Shown in pieces: positions 18,481 to 29,123 of a stretch of DNA of 64,000 bases. The DNA lies in the NCBI GenBank assembly GCA_965215605.1, contig OZ244070.1:2144001-2208000 (forward strand), written 5' to 3'. Source of the DNA: an uncultured Candidatus Binatia bacterium (GTDB lineage: Bacteria; Desulfobacterota; Binatia; UBA9968; JAJDTQ01). The stretch's first letter is position 1; each line of letters starts with the position of its first letter. The notes under the pieces were generated by a model that was not told the DNA's origin, did no database searches, and was given only the letters and a program-made list of their open reading frames with translations. A program made the position numbers and the translations under genes.

Positions 18481-19926
18481 ATGCCGGATTCGAAGCAGAA
18501 GCAGTTCGCCATAGACGCCGTGGAGGAGAACGGGAACAACATCGCCCTCCTCGGCGACAACATCTTCTATTTCGCCGAGCTGGGGATGCAGGAATATCGC
18601 ACCACCGGGCTCATGACCGAGATCCTGGAGCAGGCGGGCTTCGAGATCGAGCGGGGCATCTCGGGGATGCCCACTGCTTTCATCGCCACTTACGGATCCG
18701 GCAAGCCGGTGGTGGCGCTCCACACGGAGTTCGACGCCACCCCGTCGAGTTCGCAGATGGCGGGCGTGACCGAGCAGAAACCCATCGTCGACGGCGCCCC
18801 GGGCCACACCGAGGGTCACAACGTCAACGCCGCGGTGATGGTCGGCGCGGCGGTGGCGGTGAAGAAGACCATGGAGCAGTTCGACATCGAGGGGACCCTG
18901 CGGGTCTACGGCGCGCCGGCCGAGGAACAGCTCGTGAGCCGGCCCTACTTCGTGCGGGACGGCTACTTCGAGGACGTGGACGTGGCGCTGCACGATCACA
19001 TCGGCTCCAACCTGGGCACCGTGTACGGCCTGCGGCAGTACGCGCTCATCTCCGCGGAGTTCACCTTCAAGGGCGAGAGCGCCCATGCCGCCACCTCGCC
19101 CTGGAACGCGCGCGACGCGCTGGACGCGGCGGTGCTCATGGACATCGGCTGGGACAAGCTGCGGGAGCATCTCGAGCCTTCCCAGCGCAGCCACCGGGTC
19201 ATCAGCAACGGCGGCGACCAGCCCAACGTCATCCCCAACACCGCCACCATCTGGTGGTTCTTCCGCGAGGCCACGGCTGAGAAGGCGCGGGCGCTGTTCG
19301 AGAAAGCCAAGCGCGTCGCCCAGGGCGCGGCCACCATGACGGACACCTCCTACTCGGTGAACGTGCTGAGCGCGGTGGCGCCCACCCGTTGCAACCAGAC
19401 GTTGGCCGAGGTCATCCAGAACAACATCGAGGCCGTGGGCATGCCGCGGTGGAGCGAAGCCGAGCAGAAACTCGTCACCGACCTTCAGACCAAGGTCAAC
19501 GTCAAGGCCACGGGAATGCCTACGAAGGTGGCCCAGCTCCGCGAGGCCGTGCAGTCCGTGTCCGCCAACGACTCCGGCGACGTCTGTTGGGTGGTGCCCT
19601 CGGGCGTGGTGAACTTCCCGTCCAACATCCCGGGCATCGCCTACCATCACTGGGGCGCGGGCGTCTCCCTGGCCACCTCCGTGGCCCACAAGGGGGCGGT
19701 AGCCGGCGCCAAGACCATGGCCGCCTCCGCCGTTGACCTGCTGATGGACCCGGAACTGGTGGCGCGGGCCAAGGAGACCTTCAGGGAGGAGATCGGCGAC
19801 GTGGAGTACCGTCCGTTGCTGCCCGACGGCCAGCAGCCGCCGCTGGAGCTCAACCGCGTCCTCATGGAGCGTTACCGCTCCGCCATGGAAGCGCACTATC
19901 CCAAGGAGAAGCCCGCATTCAGCTAA
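18481..19926 (+). CDS. M20 amidohydrolase (AbgB-like)
   Basis: AELGMQEY, GMPTAF, EFDA, GHTEGHN, PAEE, GESAHAA..PWNARDALDA, GGDQPNV; GGAGGA RBS. Confidence 0.9.
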   Translation: MPDSKQKQFAIDAVEENGNNIALLGDNIFYFAELGMQEYRTTGLMTEILEQAGFEIERGISGMPTAFIATYGSGKPVVALHTEFDATPSSSQMAGVTEQKPIVDGAPGHTEGHNVNAAVMVGAAVAVKKTMEQFDIEGTLRVYGAPAEEQLVSRPYFVRDGYFEDVDVALHDHIGSNLGTVYGLRQYALISAEFTFKGESAHAATSPWNARDALDAAVLMDIGWDKLREHLEPSQRSHRVISNGGDQPNVIPNTATIWWFFREATAEKARALFEKAKRVAQGAATMTDTSYSVNVLSAVAPTRCNQTLAEVIQNNIEAVGMPRWSEAEQKLVTDLQTKVNVKATGMPTKVAQLREAVQSVSANDSGDVCWVVPSGVVNFPSNIPGIAYHHWGAGVSLATSVAHKGAVAGAKTMAASAVDLLMDPELVARAKETFREEIGDVEYRPLLPDGQQPPLELNRVLMERYRSAMEAHYPKEKPAFS

Positions 19927-19949
19927 CGCTGCCGCTTCAGGGGCCGGAG

Positions 19950-21422
19950 GTGCGGCTACGCGCGATGCTCGACCGCGCCACCTCCGGCGAGAGGATCCAC
20001 GGCAGGCCCCGGCTTCGCCCGTCGCTGGTCGACAAGGTGCTGCGAGACCCGTTCTGGGTGTGGTGCCAATACCACGCACCCCGTGGCGAGGCGGTGAGCG
20101 AGGTCGGCCGCTACGAGCGGATGCGCTACCGCCGCGGCGTCGAGCACGAGGACGCCTGGGTGGCCGCGCACCATCCCGACGCCCTGGCGATCCGGCCCGA
20201 CTTCGGCTACGAGGCCCTGGCCCGCACCCTCCGGGCCATGCTGGATGGCGTTCCGGCCATTCATCAGCCGCAACTGTGGGATCTCGGGCGCGACGTCTAC
20301 GGCCGGGGCGATCTGCTGGTGCGCGACGACAGCCACGGCTCGGACCTGGGCCCCTACCACTACCGCGTCATCGAGATAAAGCGGGCGCGTAAGCTCCGGG
20401 ATGCCTTCGCGCTCCAGGCGGCCCTCTACAACCGGACCATCGGCGCCATCCAGGGCTACACCCCGAGCCAGGTGACGGTGGCGCTGCGGCACGATGTCCA
20501 ACCGGTGGACGTGTCGGGGCTCGGGCGACGGATCGACGATGTCGTGTCGCGTTGGGCCGCGCTGCGGGACGGCGCGGTGGAGCAGCCCGAGACCAGGCGG
20601 CCGCCCGACGTCACCGACTCGCCGTGGCGGGTGTACGGCAACAAGCTGGTACACGAGCGCCAGCACCTGGTGTTGCTGGCCGGGGTGCGGGCGCCCGAGC
20701 GGGCGAAGCTGCGCGCCGCCGGTATCCACGGTGTGAATGATCTATGGAGCCGTTCGCCGGAGGAGATCAACGAGATACTTGGTCCGCACCACGGCTCTAC
20801 GGCCTACCACGTGGCCCAGAGCTACCGGACAGGACAGCCCGTTCCCGGGCCCGGCCGCGAGCTGCGGATACCCCGGGCCAAACGGCTCCTCTACTTCGAC
20901 TTCGAGACCTCCGATGACGTGCATCCGACCCTGCCGCCCCACGTCTACCTCATCGGTTGTTGGGACGGCTCCCGCGACCAGTTCGTCAGGTTCCTGGCTC
21001 GCGGCCCCGAGGACGAAACTGAGATCTTCGAGGGGTTCCTGGACTACGTGGGCGATGACATGGAAGCCGTGCGCCTGTACCACTGGACCGACTACGAGGT
21101 GTGGCAGATGAAGGCGGTCATGCGCCGCTGGCCGCGGCTGGAAGGAAGACTGGCGCGCCTCATCGGCTCCTGTGTCGACCTGAAGCAGTGCATCCAGGAC
21201 GCGGTCTACCTGCCGGTGCCGAGCTACTCCATCAAGAGCGTCGCTCCGGCCCTGGGTTTCAACTGGCGGCAGCAGAGATTCGGCGCCTACGAAGCGCTAC
21301 TGTGCTACTGGGATTCCATCGAAACCGGCGACAGGTCCCTGGCCGAAAAGGCCGTCCGCTACAACGAGGACGACTGCGTCGCCATGTGGCACGTGGACCA
21401 GAGGCTCGCCGGCGGCGCGTGA
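19950..21422 (+). CDS. TM0106 family RecB-like nuclease + RNase H-like, no helicase
   Basis: GRGDLL..VIEIK..QAALY, YFDFET, YHW, SYSIKSVAPALGFNW, YNEDDC. Confidence 0.85.
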   Translation: MRLRAMLDRATSGERIHGRPRLRPSLVDKVLRDPFWVWCQYHAPRGEAVSEVGRYERMRYRRGVEHEDAWVAAHHPDALAIRPDFGYEALARTLRAMLDGVPAIHQPQLWDLGRDVYGRGDLLVRDDSHGSDLGPYHYRVIEIKRARKLRDAFALQAALYNRTIGAIQGYTPSQVTVALRHDVQPVDVSGLGRRIDDVVSRWAALRDGAVEQPETRRPPDVTDSPWRVYGNKLVHERQHLVLLAGVRAPERAKLRAAGIHGVNDLWSRSPEEINEILGPHHGSTAYHVAQSYRTGQPVPGPGRELRIPRAKRLLYFDFETSDDVHPTLPPHVYLIGCWDGSRDQFVRFLARGPEDETEIFEGFLDYVGDDMEAVRLYHWTDYEVWQMKAVMRRWPRLEGRLARLIGSCVDLKQCIQDAVYLPVPSYSIKSVAPALGFNWRQQRFGAYEALLCYWDSIETGDRSLAEKAVRYNEDDCVAMWHVDQRLAGGA

Positions 21423-21660
21423 AATCAGACGTTCATCGCCGCCGGCGGCGACTGCCACCAACCCACCTCAACGCCGGCGGCGCGGCTATCCCAGCCAAAG
21501 AATCACACCACTCGTTGGGAGACATCGTCTGGACACCTATGGGGTTGCACAGTACCAAATGGCTCCTGCGAGCCGCATCCACAGGATGCTGAATATCGAA
21601 GCGAATCTTGTTCCTCCTCGCATTCAGCGAACCTCATTTTCCCCGCGCGCCATCACAGTC

Positions 21661-22185
21661 TCAACGCGGCCCCGCCCACTCCTCCAGGACAAACTCCGCG
21701 AGCACTCCGTCCAGCCACTTCTTCGTATAGTGACGTTCGAGGGCATTCCTCGGCCGATGACCCGCGTCGACGAGCAACTCTTCGAGAGACACAAGCCGTT
21801 CCCGAAACCCGAGATTCACTCCGCAACGCAGACTAGCTTTGTCGGGACCGCACAGGAACCATCCGTCATCCCGCCCCAGCGCGTGCGCCCAGAGCGCCTC
21901 CTCACCCTTGTCCAACGCGATGTCCTGAATCCGAACCAACAGTCCGGCGCGTTCCCTGTCGCCAACATGATGCACCGCCGAGAGCGAGCCCCTTAGCTCG
22001 CTGGCAATGATCGACTGCTCAGACCGTCGCAACTGGAAGCCCGTCTGCGTCTCCGTCACGCAATCTTCAACGGTTTCCACCCGATAGCCACCAGCCAGCG
22101 CCTGCCACGAACTCGTCCGATGCGACTCGATGATCGTATTCGTGTCCACGAGCAGCGCCGTCTCGTGGTCGACCCTTCTGCTCAC
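21661..22185 (-). CDS. Hypothetical PIN-like protein
   Basis: LLVDTNTIIE..., LDKGEEAL, CGPDKAS acidic pattern; GTGA overlap with upstream gene. Confidence 0.65.
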   Translation of the reverse strand: MSRRVDHETALLVDTNTIIESHRTSSWQALAGGYRVETVEDCVTETQTGFQLRRSEQSIIASELRGSLSAVHHVGDRERAGLLVRIQDIALDKGEEALWAHALGRDDGWFLCGPDKASLRCGVNLGFRERLVSLEELLVDAGHRPRNALERHYTKKWLDGVLAEFVLEEWAGPR

Positions 22186-23285
22186 AGCCCAATCGCCTGA
22201 TCTACGCCATGGGCCGCAAACAGTTCTTCCAGGTCCTCGATCGGCAGCCCGACCAGCGCCGCTGCACGCCGAACCGAGACATGGCCTTGGTCGATGGCCT
22301 TCGCCACAACCTCCACGAATGCGCGTGAGAATAAAGGCGGAGGCTCCGAGGAGTCCTCGCGACCGTTGTTCCGCAAAGCGGCTTCCGGAATTGCTCGCGC
22401 CTGCCCCTTGGGCAACTTCCGGAGAGCGACCAAACGCCACCTGAGGGCAGACGAGGTCACACACAATTCGTCGGCCGTAGCGTTCAATCGGGTGATCAAG
22501 CTATTCACGTCCAGCCGCCCCCAATCGTCAAAGGAGTCAAGCGCCGCCTTCGGCATCAGCACGGCGGCCGCGAAGTTGTTGGCCAATTGCTCCACCCGAT
22601 TACCACTGAAATCGCTGGCATCTTCCGTGTGCTCCGGCGGCATCGCTTCCCAAGTGAGGATGTGAAACAGTTCATGCGCAAGGTCGAAGTTGCGGCGCCC
22701 CGCCACTTCTCCTCGTGCGACCAGCACCGCGTCGAACTCGGGCAGACGGCACGCCGCTCCAGAAATACCTCGGTAGGCGTCCACCATAAGCACGAGTATC
22801 CCGAACCGATCTTGCATCGCCGCAGCGAGACGTTGCGCCGGCACAACCCCGAGTTCGAACTCCGTAACAAACCGCTCGCCGGCGTCCGTTGCGTCCTCGA
22901 ATCTCGACACCTTCGTCAGCCCAAGGGCCTGCCGCATCAACGGCGCCCGTTGACCCACCTGCGCGGCCAGGATCCGGTACGCGCCGATCCAGCGACCAGC
23001 CGTCCGCTCATACTCGCCAAGCTCCGACGGTCCGACGCCCCCCTGTCGCCAGGAGAACAGCGCCTCGCCGTCCAGCCGAAAGGGGTCGGTGAAATAGTCG
23101 AGCGGGACACGCAATTTCTCCACGGCGAGCAACAGTTCCTCCGCAGTCACACGTCGTACGCCGTTCTCTATTGCCGACACCGTCTGTCGATCCTTGAAAC
23201 CGAACAAACGCGCCATTTCGTCCTGAGAAAGGTTCCGCGCCTGTCTCAACGCCTTGAGTCGTGTACCGATGATCTGACCCGTCAC
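22182..23285 (-). CDS. XRE HTH + ImmA/IrrE metallopeptidase
   Basis: IGTRLKALRQARNLSQDEMA..TVSAIENG; RRNFDLAHELFH, EQLANNFAAAVLMP. Confidence 0.9.
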   Translation of the reverse strand: MTGQIIGTRLKALRQARNLSQDEMARLFGFKDRQTVSAIENGVRRVTAEELLLAVEKLRVPLDYFTDPFRLDGEALFSWRQGGVGPSELGEYERTAGRWIGAYRILAAQVGQRAPLMRQALGLTKVSRFEDATDAGERFVTEFELGVVPAQRLAAAMQDRFGILVLMVDAYRGISGAACRLPEFDAVLVARGEVAGRRNFDLAHELFHILTWEAMPPEHTEDASDFSGNRVEQLANNFAAAVLMPKAALDSFDDWGRLDVNSLITRLNATADELCVTSSALRWRLVALRKLPKGQARAIPEAALRNNGREDSSEPPPLFSRAFVEVVAKAIDQGHVSVRRAAALVGLPIEDLEELFAAHGVDQAIGL

Positions 23286-23304
23286 CGGACCCCCCTTCTT
23301 CTAA

Positions 23305-23343
23305 TCTTGCATATATATAATCGCAAGAAATATATGCGAAGAA
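23305..23343. promoter_or_regulatory. AT-rich promoter/operator with tcttgc...gcaaga dyad
   Basis: tcttgc-atatatataatc-gcaaga upstream of the XRE gene. Confidence 0.4.
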
Positions 23344-23510
23344 CGATTCGCGTGCAAGTCTTGGGGAAATATGTTGACGAAGATGCGCAGGAATTTTTAT
23401 TGTCGGCAAGGCGCGATGACGAGCAGTGGCGTGTACCACGCGAGGAAGAGCAACGCAGCCGACGGCGAAAAGGACAAGCAAATTATCGCAGGAATTTGCG
23501 GGACAGGACG

Positions 23511-26500
23511 CTAGAGTGGGTTCTCCCGAACATGGTCCGGCTGCAGCGCCGCCGGGTCCTGCTGGGGCTCGGTCGCGGGCGTGGCAGTCCCGGCGGCGTC
23601 CGCCGGCTCGCCGGCGTGGGCCTTCCGCCACACCCGTTCCCGCACCGACGCGTAGAGCACCGGAATCAGCACCAGCGTCACCAGCATGGACGTGATCAGG
23701 CCGCCGATCACCACCCGAGCCATGGGTGCCTGAATCTCGCCGCCTTCGCCCCATGCCAATGCCAGCGGCACCAGTGCGAGGACCGTGGTCAGGGTCGTCA
23801 TGAGGATCGGGCGAAGACGGGTGCGGCCCGCGAGGACCACCGCGTCGACAACGCTCAGGCCCTCCTCGCGCATCTTGAGGTTGATGTAGTCCACCAGCAC
23901 GATGGCGTTGTTCACGACGATGCCCACCAGCAGGATGATGCCGATGTAGGAGTTGACGTTGAGGCTCGTCCCGGTCACGTGGAGCGATGCGAGCACGCCG
24001 ATGGCGGCGAAGGGAACCGCGAACATGATCACCAGCGGATCGAGCAGGCGCTCGAACTGGCCCGCCATGACCATGTAGACCATGAGCAACGCAAGGAGCA
24101 GGCCGATCCGCAGCTCGCCGAAGGCCTTCTGCTGTTCCTCGAAGTCCCCGCCCACCTGGAGGACCATGCCCTGCGGCAGCGGGATCTGTGCCAGCGCCGC
24201 CTGAATCTCGGCCACGGCGCCGGCCATGTCGCGTCCCGAGACCTCGCCGGAGATGGACACCACCCGTTCCTGGTTGAGGCGCTGGATCGACATGGGTCCG
24301 CGGCGTTCCTCTAGCCGGACCAGGTTCTTGAGCGACAGCACCCGGCCCGAGCCGTCGGAGACGCTCTGATCCAGTAGCCCGTCCAGCTCGGCGCGGTCGT
24401 CGCCGCCGAGACGAACGCGCACGTCGTACTCGTTGCCGCCCTCGCGGTAGAACGTCGCCCGTATGCCCCCCAGGCTCGCTTGCAGGCCGCGGGCGATGGT
24501 CTCCACCGGTATGCCGAGGCTTGCCGCCCGCTCCCGGTCCACGTGAATGCCCATTTCTGGCTGTCCGGCCTGCCGGCTGATGCGGACCCCGGCGACCCCG
24601 TCAACGCCGTCCATGGTGTCCTTCACCTGGCGCGCGACCCGCTGTAGCTGGTCCAGGTCGTGACCGCGCACCTTCACGTCGAGGTTGTCGTTGTCGGTGA
24701 ATCCGAGGCGTCTGAAGATCCACAGCCCGGAGCTCGCGCGTACGCGGGCGCGCATCCCGGGAACCTCGCTGACCCGCCGCCGCAGGACTCTGACGATGTC
24801 CTGATCGGACCGTTCCCGGGTGTTCCTGGGCCCCAGCCACACGTACACGCGCCCGTTGTTCTTGCCGCGGGCGCGCCAACCGAACTGGCCGAAGCGGGTG
24901 AAGTTCCGGTGCGGCTCGGTGACCTCCTGTTTCACGATGGCCTCGAGTTGCCGGAAGGCGCGGTCGGTTTCCTCGATCTTCGATCCGGCCTCGGTCTCCG
25001 CGATGATGATCACGTTGCCCTCGTCGGCACGGGGCATGAACTCGCTGGCAATGCCCTGGTAGAGGAAATAGCTGCTTGAAAGCAGGATCGCCGCGGCCGC
25101 CACCACGGTGAAGCGGTGGCGCAGGCTCCACCCCAGCAGTCCCTGGTAGGCCTTGTCCAGACCCGTTTGGGAACTCGAACCCGCGCGCGCGAGACGCGAC
25201 AGGAAGCGCCCGGTGCGCGCACGGTCCGGCCGGCCCAGGAGATGGTGCGCCAGCACGGGGACCACGGTGAGGGCCACCACCAGGGAGGCCGCGAGGGAGA
25301 AGAACACGACCCACGCGAGCTGTTGGAAGAGGATGCCCGCGGAGCCGGGGACGAAGATCAGGGGCAGAAACACCACCACGGTGGTCAGGGTGGACGCGGT
25401 GATGGCTCCCGCCACCTCGCGCGTGCCCCTGAGGACGGCCTCCCGGCGCTCGGTGCTGGCCTCGTGGTGCCGGAAGATGTTCTCCAGCACCACCACGGAG
25501 TTGTCCAGCAAGAGCCCTATTCCCAGGGCGAGACCGCCGAAGGAGATGATGTTGATGCTGAAGCCCTGGAAGTACATGAGCGCGAAGGTGGCGACGATGG
25601 AGATGGGGATGGCGGTGCCGATGACCACCGTGCTGCGCACGCTGCGCAGGAAGAACAGCAGCACGGCCAGGGCCAGCAGGCCGCCCCAGACCGCGGCCAG
25701 GGTCACGTTGTCCACCGCGTTGCGGATGTAGTGCGCGTTCTCGCGCAGCACGGTTACCCGGATGGCGGGGAGCTCCCGATTGATACCGTCGATGGCCTGT
25801 TTCACCCGGTCCACCACCGCGATGGTATTGGCGGAAGGCTGCCGCCGCACGGAGATGACCACGGCGTGGGCCCCATCCATCCGCACCGCGTGGTCCAGGT
25901 CCTTGAAGGAGTCCTCCACCTGTCCGAGGTCCTTGACATGGATGGGGATTCCGTCGCGGGAGGCCACCACCGTGTTGCGCAGTTGATCGAGATCGGTGAA
26001 CTCGCCCAAGGTCCGTACCGATACCTCCAGGTGGGCCCGGCCGAGATTGCCGGCGGGCAGGTTGATGTTGCTCGCCCGCAGCGCCCGGACCACCTGGTCC
26101 ACCGAGAGATTGAACGCCTTGAGCCGGTCCAGGGACAGGTGGACGTGGATCTCGCGTTCCAGTCCGCCGCGCACGTCCGCCGCGGCCACGCCGGCGACCC
26201 GTTCCAGTCGGTAGCGGACCTCCTGCTCCACGAAGCTCCGCAGCGCCACCGGGTCCATCTGTCCCGACACGCCGATGAACATGATCGGCGACGCGTTGAC
26301 GTCGTACTTGGAAACCACCGGGGCCTCGGCTCCCGGAGGAAGATCGTCCCGGATGCGGTCGATCCGTGCGCGTATGTCGCTCACCGCCACTTCCAGGTCC
26401 TTGTTCCAGCCGAAGCTCACCCGGACCTGGCTGCGGCCTTCGACGGAGATGGAGGTCATGTCCTCCACGCCTTCCACGGAGCTCACCGCCTTTTCGACCG

Positions 26501-26696
26501 GCACCGTCACCAGCGTCTCCATCTCCAGCGGCCCCACGTTGCCGTAGTTGGTCGAGATGGTGACCCTGGGGAAGGTGATCTCGGGCATGAGATCCACCGG
26601 GATCTTGAGAAACGACACCACCCCGAGGATCACGACGATCAGCGCCGCCATGCAGGTGGCCACCGGGCGTCTGAGACAAAGCGCCGTGAGATTCAT
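23511..26696 (-). CDS. RND efflux permease (AcrB/MdtB-like)
   Basis: RRPVAT, GLLLDNSVVVLENI, GIVVNNAIVLVD, RLRPILMTT; 1061 aa. Confidence 0.95.
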   Translation of the reverse strand: MNLTALCLRRPVATCMAALIVVILGVVSFLKIPVDLMPEITFPRVTISTNYGNVGPLEMETLVTVPVEKAVSSVEGVEDMTSISVEGRSQVRVSFGWNKDLEVAVSDIRARIDRIRDDLPPGAEAPVVSKYDVNASPIMFIGVSGQMDPVALRSFVEQEVRYRLERVAGVAAADVRGGLEREIHVHLSLDRLKAFNLSVDQVVRALRASNINLPAGNLGRAHLEVSVRTLGEFTDLDQLRNTVVASRDGIPIHVKDLGQVEDSFKDLDHAVRMDGAHAVVISVRRQPSANTIAVVDRVKQAIDGINRELPAIRVTVLRENAHYIRNAVDNVTLAAVWGGLLALAVLLFFLRSVRSTVVIGTAIPISIVATFALMYFQGFSINIISFGGLALGIGLLLDNSVVVLENIFRHHEASTERREAVLRGTREVAGAITASTLTTVVVFLPLIFVPGSAGILFQQLAWVVFFSLAASLVVALTVVPVLAHHLLGRPDRARTGRFLSRLARAGSSSQTGLDKAYQGLLGWSLRHRFTVVAAAAILLSSSYFLYQGIASEFMPRADEGNVIIIAETEAGSKIEETDRAFRQLEAIVKQEVTEPHRNFTRFGQFGWRARGKNNGRVYVWLGPRNTRERSDQDIVRVLRRRVSEVPGMRARVRASSGLWIFRRLGFTDNDNLDVKVRGHDLDQLQRVARQVKDTMDGVDGVAGVRISRQAGQPEMGIHVDRERAASLGIPVETIARGLQASLGGIRATFYREGGNEYDVRVRLGGDDRAELDGLLDQSVSDGSGRVLSLKNLVRLEERRGPMSIQRLNQERVVSISGEVSGRDMAGAVAEIQAALAQIPLPQGMVLQVGGDFEEQQKAFGELRIGLLLALLMVYMVMAGQFERLLDPLVIMFAVPFAAIGVLASLHVTGTSLNVNSYIGIILLVGIVVNNAIVLVDYINLKMREEGLSVVDAVVLAGRTRLRPILMTTLTTVLALVPLALAWGEGGEIQAPMARVVIGGLITSMLVTLVLIPVLYASVRERVWRKAHAGEPADAAGTATPATEPQQDPAALQPDHVRENPL

Positions 26697-27994
26697 TGGT
26701 TCCGCGTCCTTTCCGCTCGGCCGCGACCCCCGCCGGGCCGGCCTTCCCGCCCGGCTCCCCGCCGCCCTCGGCGGGAACCCGCGCGCGGGCCGTCACCAGC
26801 GATCCGGATCCGCTGGCCGTGGCGCACGAGGCTGCTGCCCAGGGTGACGACCTGATCACCTCTGCGCAGGTCTCCCGTCACCTCCACCCAACCGCCGTTC
26901 CGGAGACCCGGCGTGACCTTCACCCGCTCCACCTTGCTGCCTTCGTCCGTCAGCCTGAACACGCCGTACCCCGCCCTGGTCTTCACCGGTGAGGCTTCCG
27001 GAACCATCAGAACGCCGCGTTTGCGCTCCACCACGATGGTGGTACGCGCAAACATGCCGGGCTTGAGCACGCCGTCGGGGTTGTCGAGCTCGATCTCCGC
27101 CTCGGCGGTGCGAGTCTGCGGGTTGAGGATCGGCGACATGCGCGTGATGGTGCCGTTGAACCGCTCGTCCGGGTAGGCGTCGACCTTGACGGCCACCGGC
27201 TGTCCCAGGGAAACTCTGCGGTAGTCCCCCTCCACCACGGCAATGCCGACCTTGACCCGGTCGATGTCCACGACCTCGAACAAGGGGGTGCTGGCACTCA
27301 CGAGGGCGCCGCGGTCCACCATGCGGCGGCTCACGTGACCCGCGAACGGCGAGCGCACCTCGGTGTGCGCCAGGCGGATGCGGGCGTTGTCCAGGCGCGC
27401 CTGCATTTGCAGCATCTGGGCCTTGGTCAGGTCGACCTGGGATTCGGCGGACAGGACCTGGGTCTCCAGGTTGTTCACCTCCTCCCGAGACACCAGGTCC
27501 TTGCCCGCCAGGACCTTGACGTTCTGCCGGCGCCGTTCGAGGTTTTCCAGTTCCGCCTGGCGGCCCTTGAGCGTGGCCTGGGCCACGCGAAGCGATGCCT
27601 GCGCCTCGCGCAAGTCTTCCGCCAGCTCATCCTTCGCGAGCTGCCCCAGCAGTTGGCCCTCCTTGACGCGCTCGCCCACGGTGACGAACAGCTTGGCGAC
27701 CCGGCCGGAGGTCTTCGGCGCAATGGTGACCGCCGCGTTGGGTGCCAACGAGCCCACGTAGCTCAACGTCGCCTCGACGTTCCCCATCCGTACCTTTGCG
27801 GTTTTGACGGTGACCGCGCGGCCCGCGCCACGGCGTCGCCCTTGGTTGGCCTGTCCGGAATTGCGCTGTTCCGGCTTGTTCCTGGCTGCGCCGATTTCAA
27901 ACGGCCCGAGGCCGAGTGGAGGCCCGATGCCGAGGTAGTAGAGCACGCCGACGGCAATCGCCAGGACGACGAGAGTGGCAGCCACGCGTTTCAC
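26693..27994 (-). CDS. RND periplasmic adaptor (MFP)
   Basis: N-terminal TM, PKTSGRV, SPFAG, LKPGMFA. Confidence 0.92.
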   Translation of the reverse strand: MKRVAATLVVLAIAVGVLYYLGIGPPLGLGPFEIGAARNKPEQRNSGQANQGRRRGAGRAVTVKTAKVRMGNVEATLSYVGSLAPNAAVTIAPKTSGRVAKLFVTVGERVKEGQLLGQLAKDELAEDLREAQASLRVAQATLKGRQAELENLERRRQNVKVLAGKDLVSREEVNNLETQVLSAESQVDLTKAQMLQMQARLDNARIRLAHTEVRSPFAGHVSRRMVDRGALVSASTPLFEVVDIDRVKVGIAVVEGDYRRVSLGQPVAVKVDAYPDERFNGTITRMSPILNPQTRTAEAEIELDNPDGVLKPGMFARTTIVVERKRGVLMVPEASPVKTRAGYGVFRLTDEGSKVERVKVTPGLRNGGWVEVTGDLRRGDQVVTLGSSLVRHGQRIRIAGDGPRAGSRRGRRGAGREGRPGGGRGRAERTRNQ

Positions 27995-28270
27995 GGACGA
28001 AACCCCTGTCTCCGGGCCACGGCGGGTGCGGCCCGCTGCGGCTGGCAGGGCCGTGGCTTGCAGGTTGAGGATGAATCTGACGGGCCGTCCGGCTGGGTGT
28101 ACATAACCGTGAACTGCGCCCCGGCTTTCTCTGGAATAATCACGGATCCGCCGTCAGGCAGACCGAACCACCTATTGGACTCGCCGGGGTTCCGCCTGAT
28201 CCGTGCGCGACGGCAGAATAGCTTTCCGCGGACTCTACTGCAATACGCGAGCGGCGGGCGGGATGCGACA

Positions 28271-28876
28271 CTAGCGCGAACTGTCCAGGGCGATGGCCCG
28301 GGCCTCCTCCAGGTCGCGGCCCCCCGTCAGGCGGAGGATTTCGGCTTCGTACTCCGGCATGAGCGGCGTGAGGATGCCGCTCTGCCTGGCGTCCATAAGA
28401 TAGCGGATCCCGTCCCTCCCCACGGCGCCCGAGGGCGCCGCGGCGCTCGCGATGGCCAGACGAGCCAGGAGTTCAGGCGTCGGCTCTTCGACGTTCGCCC
28501 GCAACGCCGCGTGGAAAACCACGTCGAGCCCGGCGAAGCCGACCAGCCTCCCCAGGAAGGCGCTGTCCGGGTTGGCCGAGTCCACTTCCGCGTAGACATC
28601 GCCGCTGTCCACCCGGTTTCGCTCCCGCCGGTAGAGCATGTCCCGGGCGGCGGTCTCGTCCACCGAGTCATGCAGCACCAGCACCACCCCGGAAACGCGG
28701 GCGCCGCCCCGCTCCACCGGCACCAGCGTCGGCGCCCCGTCGCGCACGCGGCTGCTGCGGGAGAACTCGATCCTGAACGGCGTCTCCACACCGCCGATCC
28801 GGCGCACCGTCACCGGCCCGATCTCCGCTCCCGGATTGGGAATCAGCGAACCATACGCGAGAATGCCGATGGTCAT
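28271..28876 (-). CDS. Gamma-glutamylcyclotransferase/ChaC-like protein
   Basis: ILAYGSL N-terminus, APTLV, LYRRE. Confidence 0.6.
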   Translation of the reverse strand: MTIGILAYGSLIPNPGAEIGPVTVRRIGGVETPFRIEFSRSSRVRDGAPTLVPVERGGARVSGVVLVLHDSVDETAARDMLYRRERNRVDSGDVYAEVDSANPDSAFLGRLVGFAGLDVVFHAALRANVEEPTPELLARLAIASAAAPSGAVGRDGIRYLMDARQSGILTPLMPEYEAEILRLTGGRDLEEARAIALDSSR

Positions 28877-28887
28877 TGGGCGTCATT

Positions 28888-28914
28888 CTTGCAGCGCGCC
28901 CGCCGCGCTGCAAG
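28888..28914. repeat. 11-bp inverted repeat
   Basis: cttgcagcgcg-cccgc-cgcgctgcaag. Confidence 0.5.
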
Positions 28915-29123
28915 GTCCGGTTGTATTGGATGCAAGTGGAAAAGCGCAGCCGGCAATTCTTGGAAACCGGGTATTCAAACTCCTGAAATTCAGGAGTCTG
29001 ACTTCCTGAATTGTCGAAATATGGTGGAGTTCCAAAAGGGGAACTGTCCCCGTATTGCGGTTTGGGAAGTCTAACGGATTGCTATAAGTTGATATGCTAT
29101 AAGATGTCCTATAGGATGTCGTT

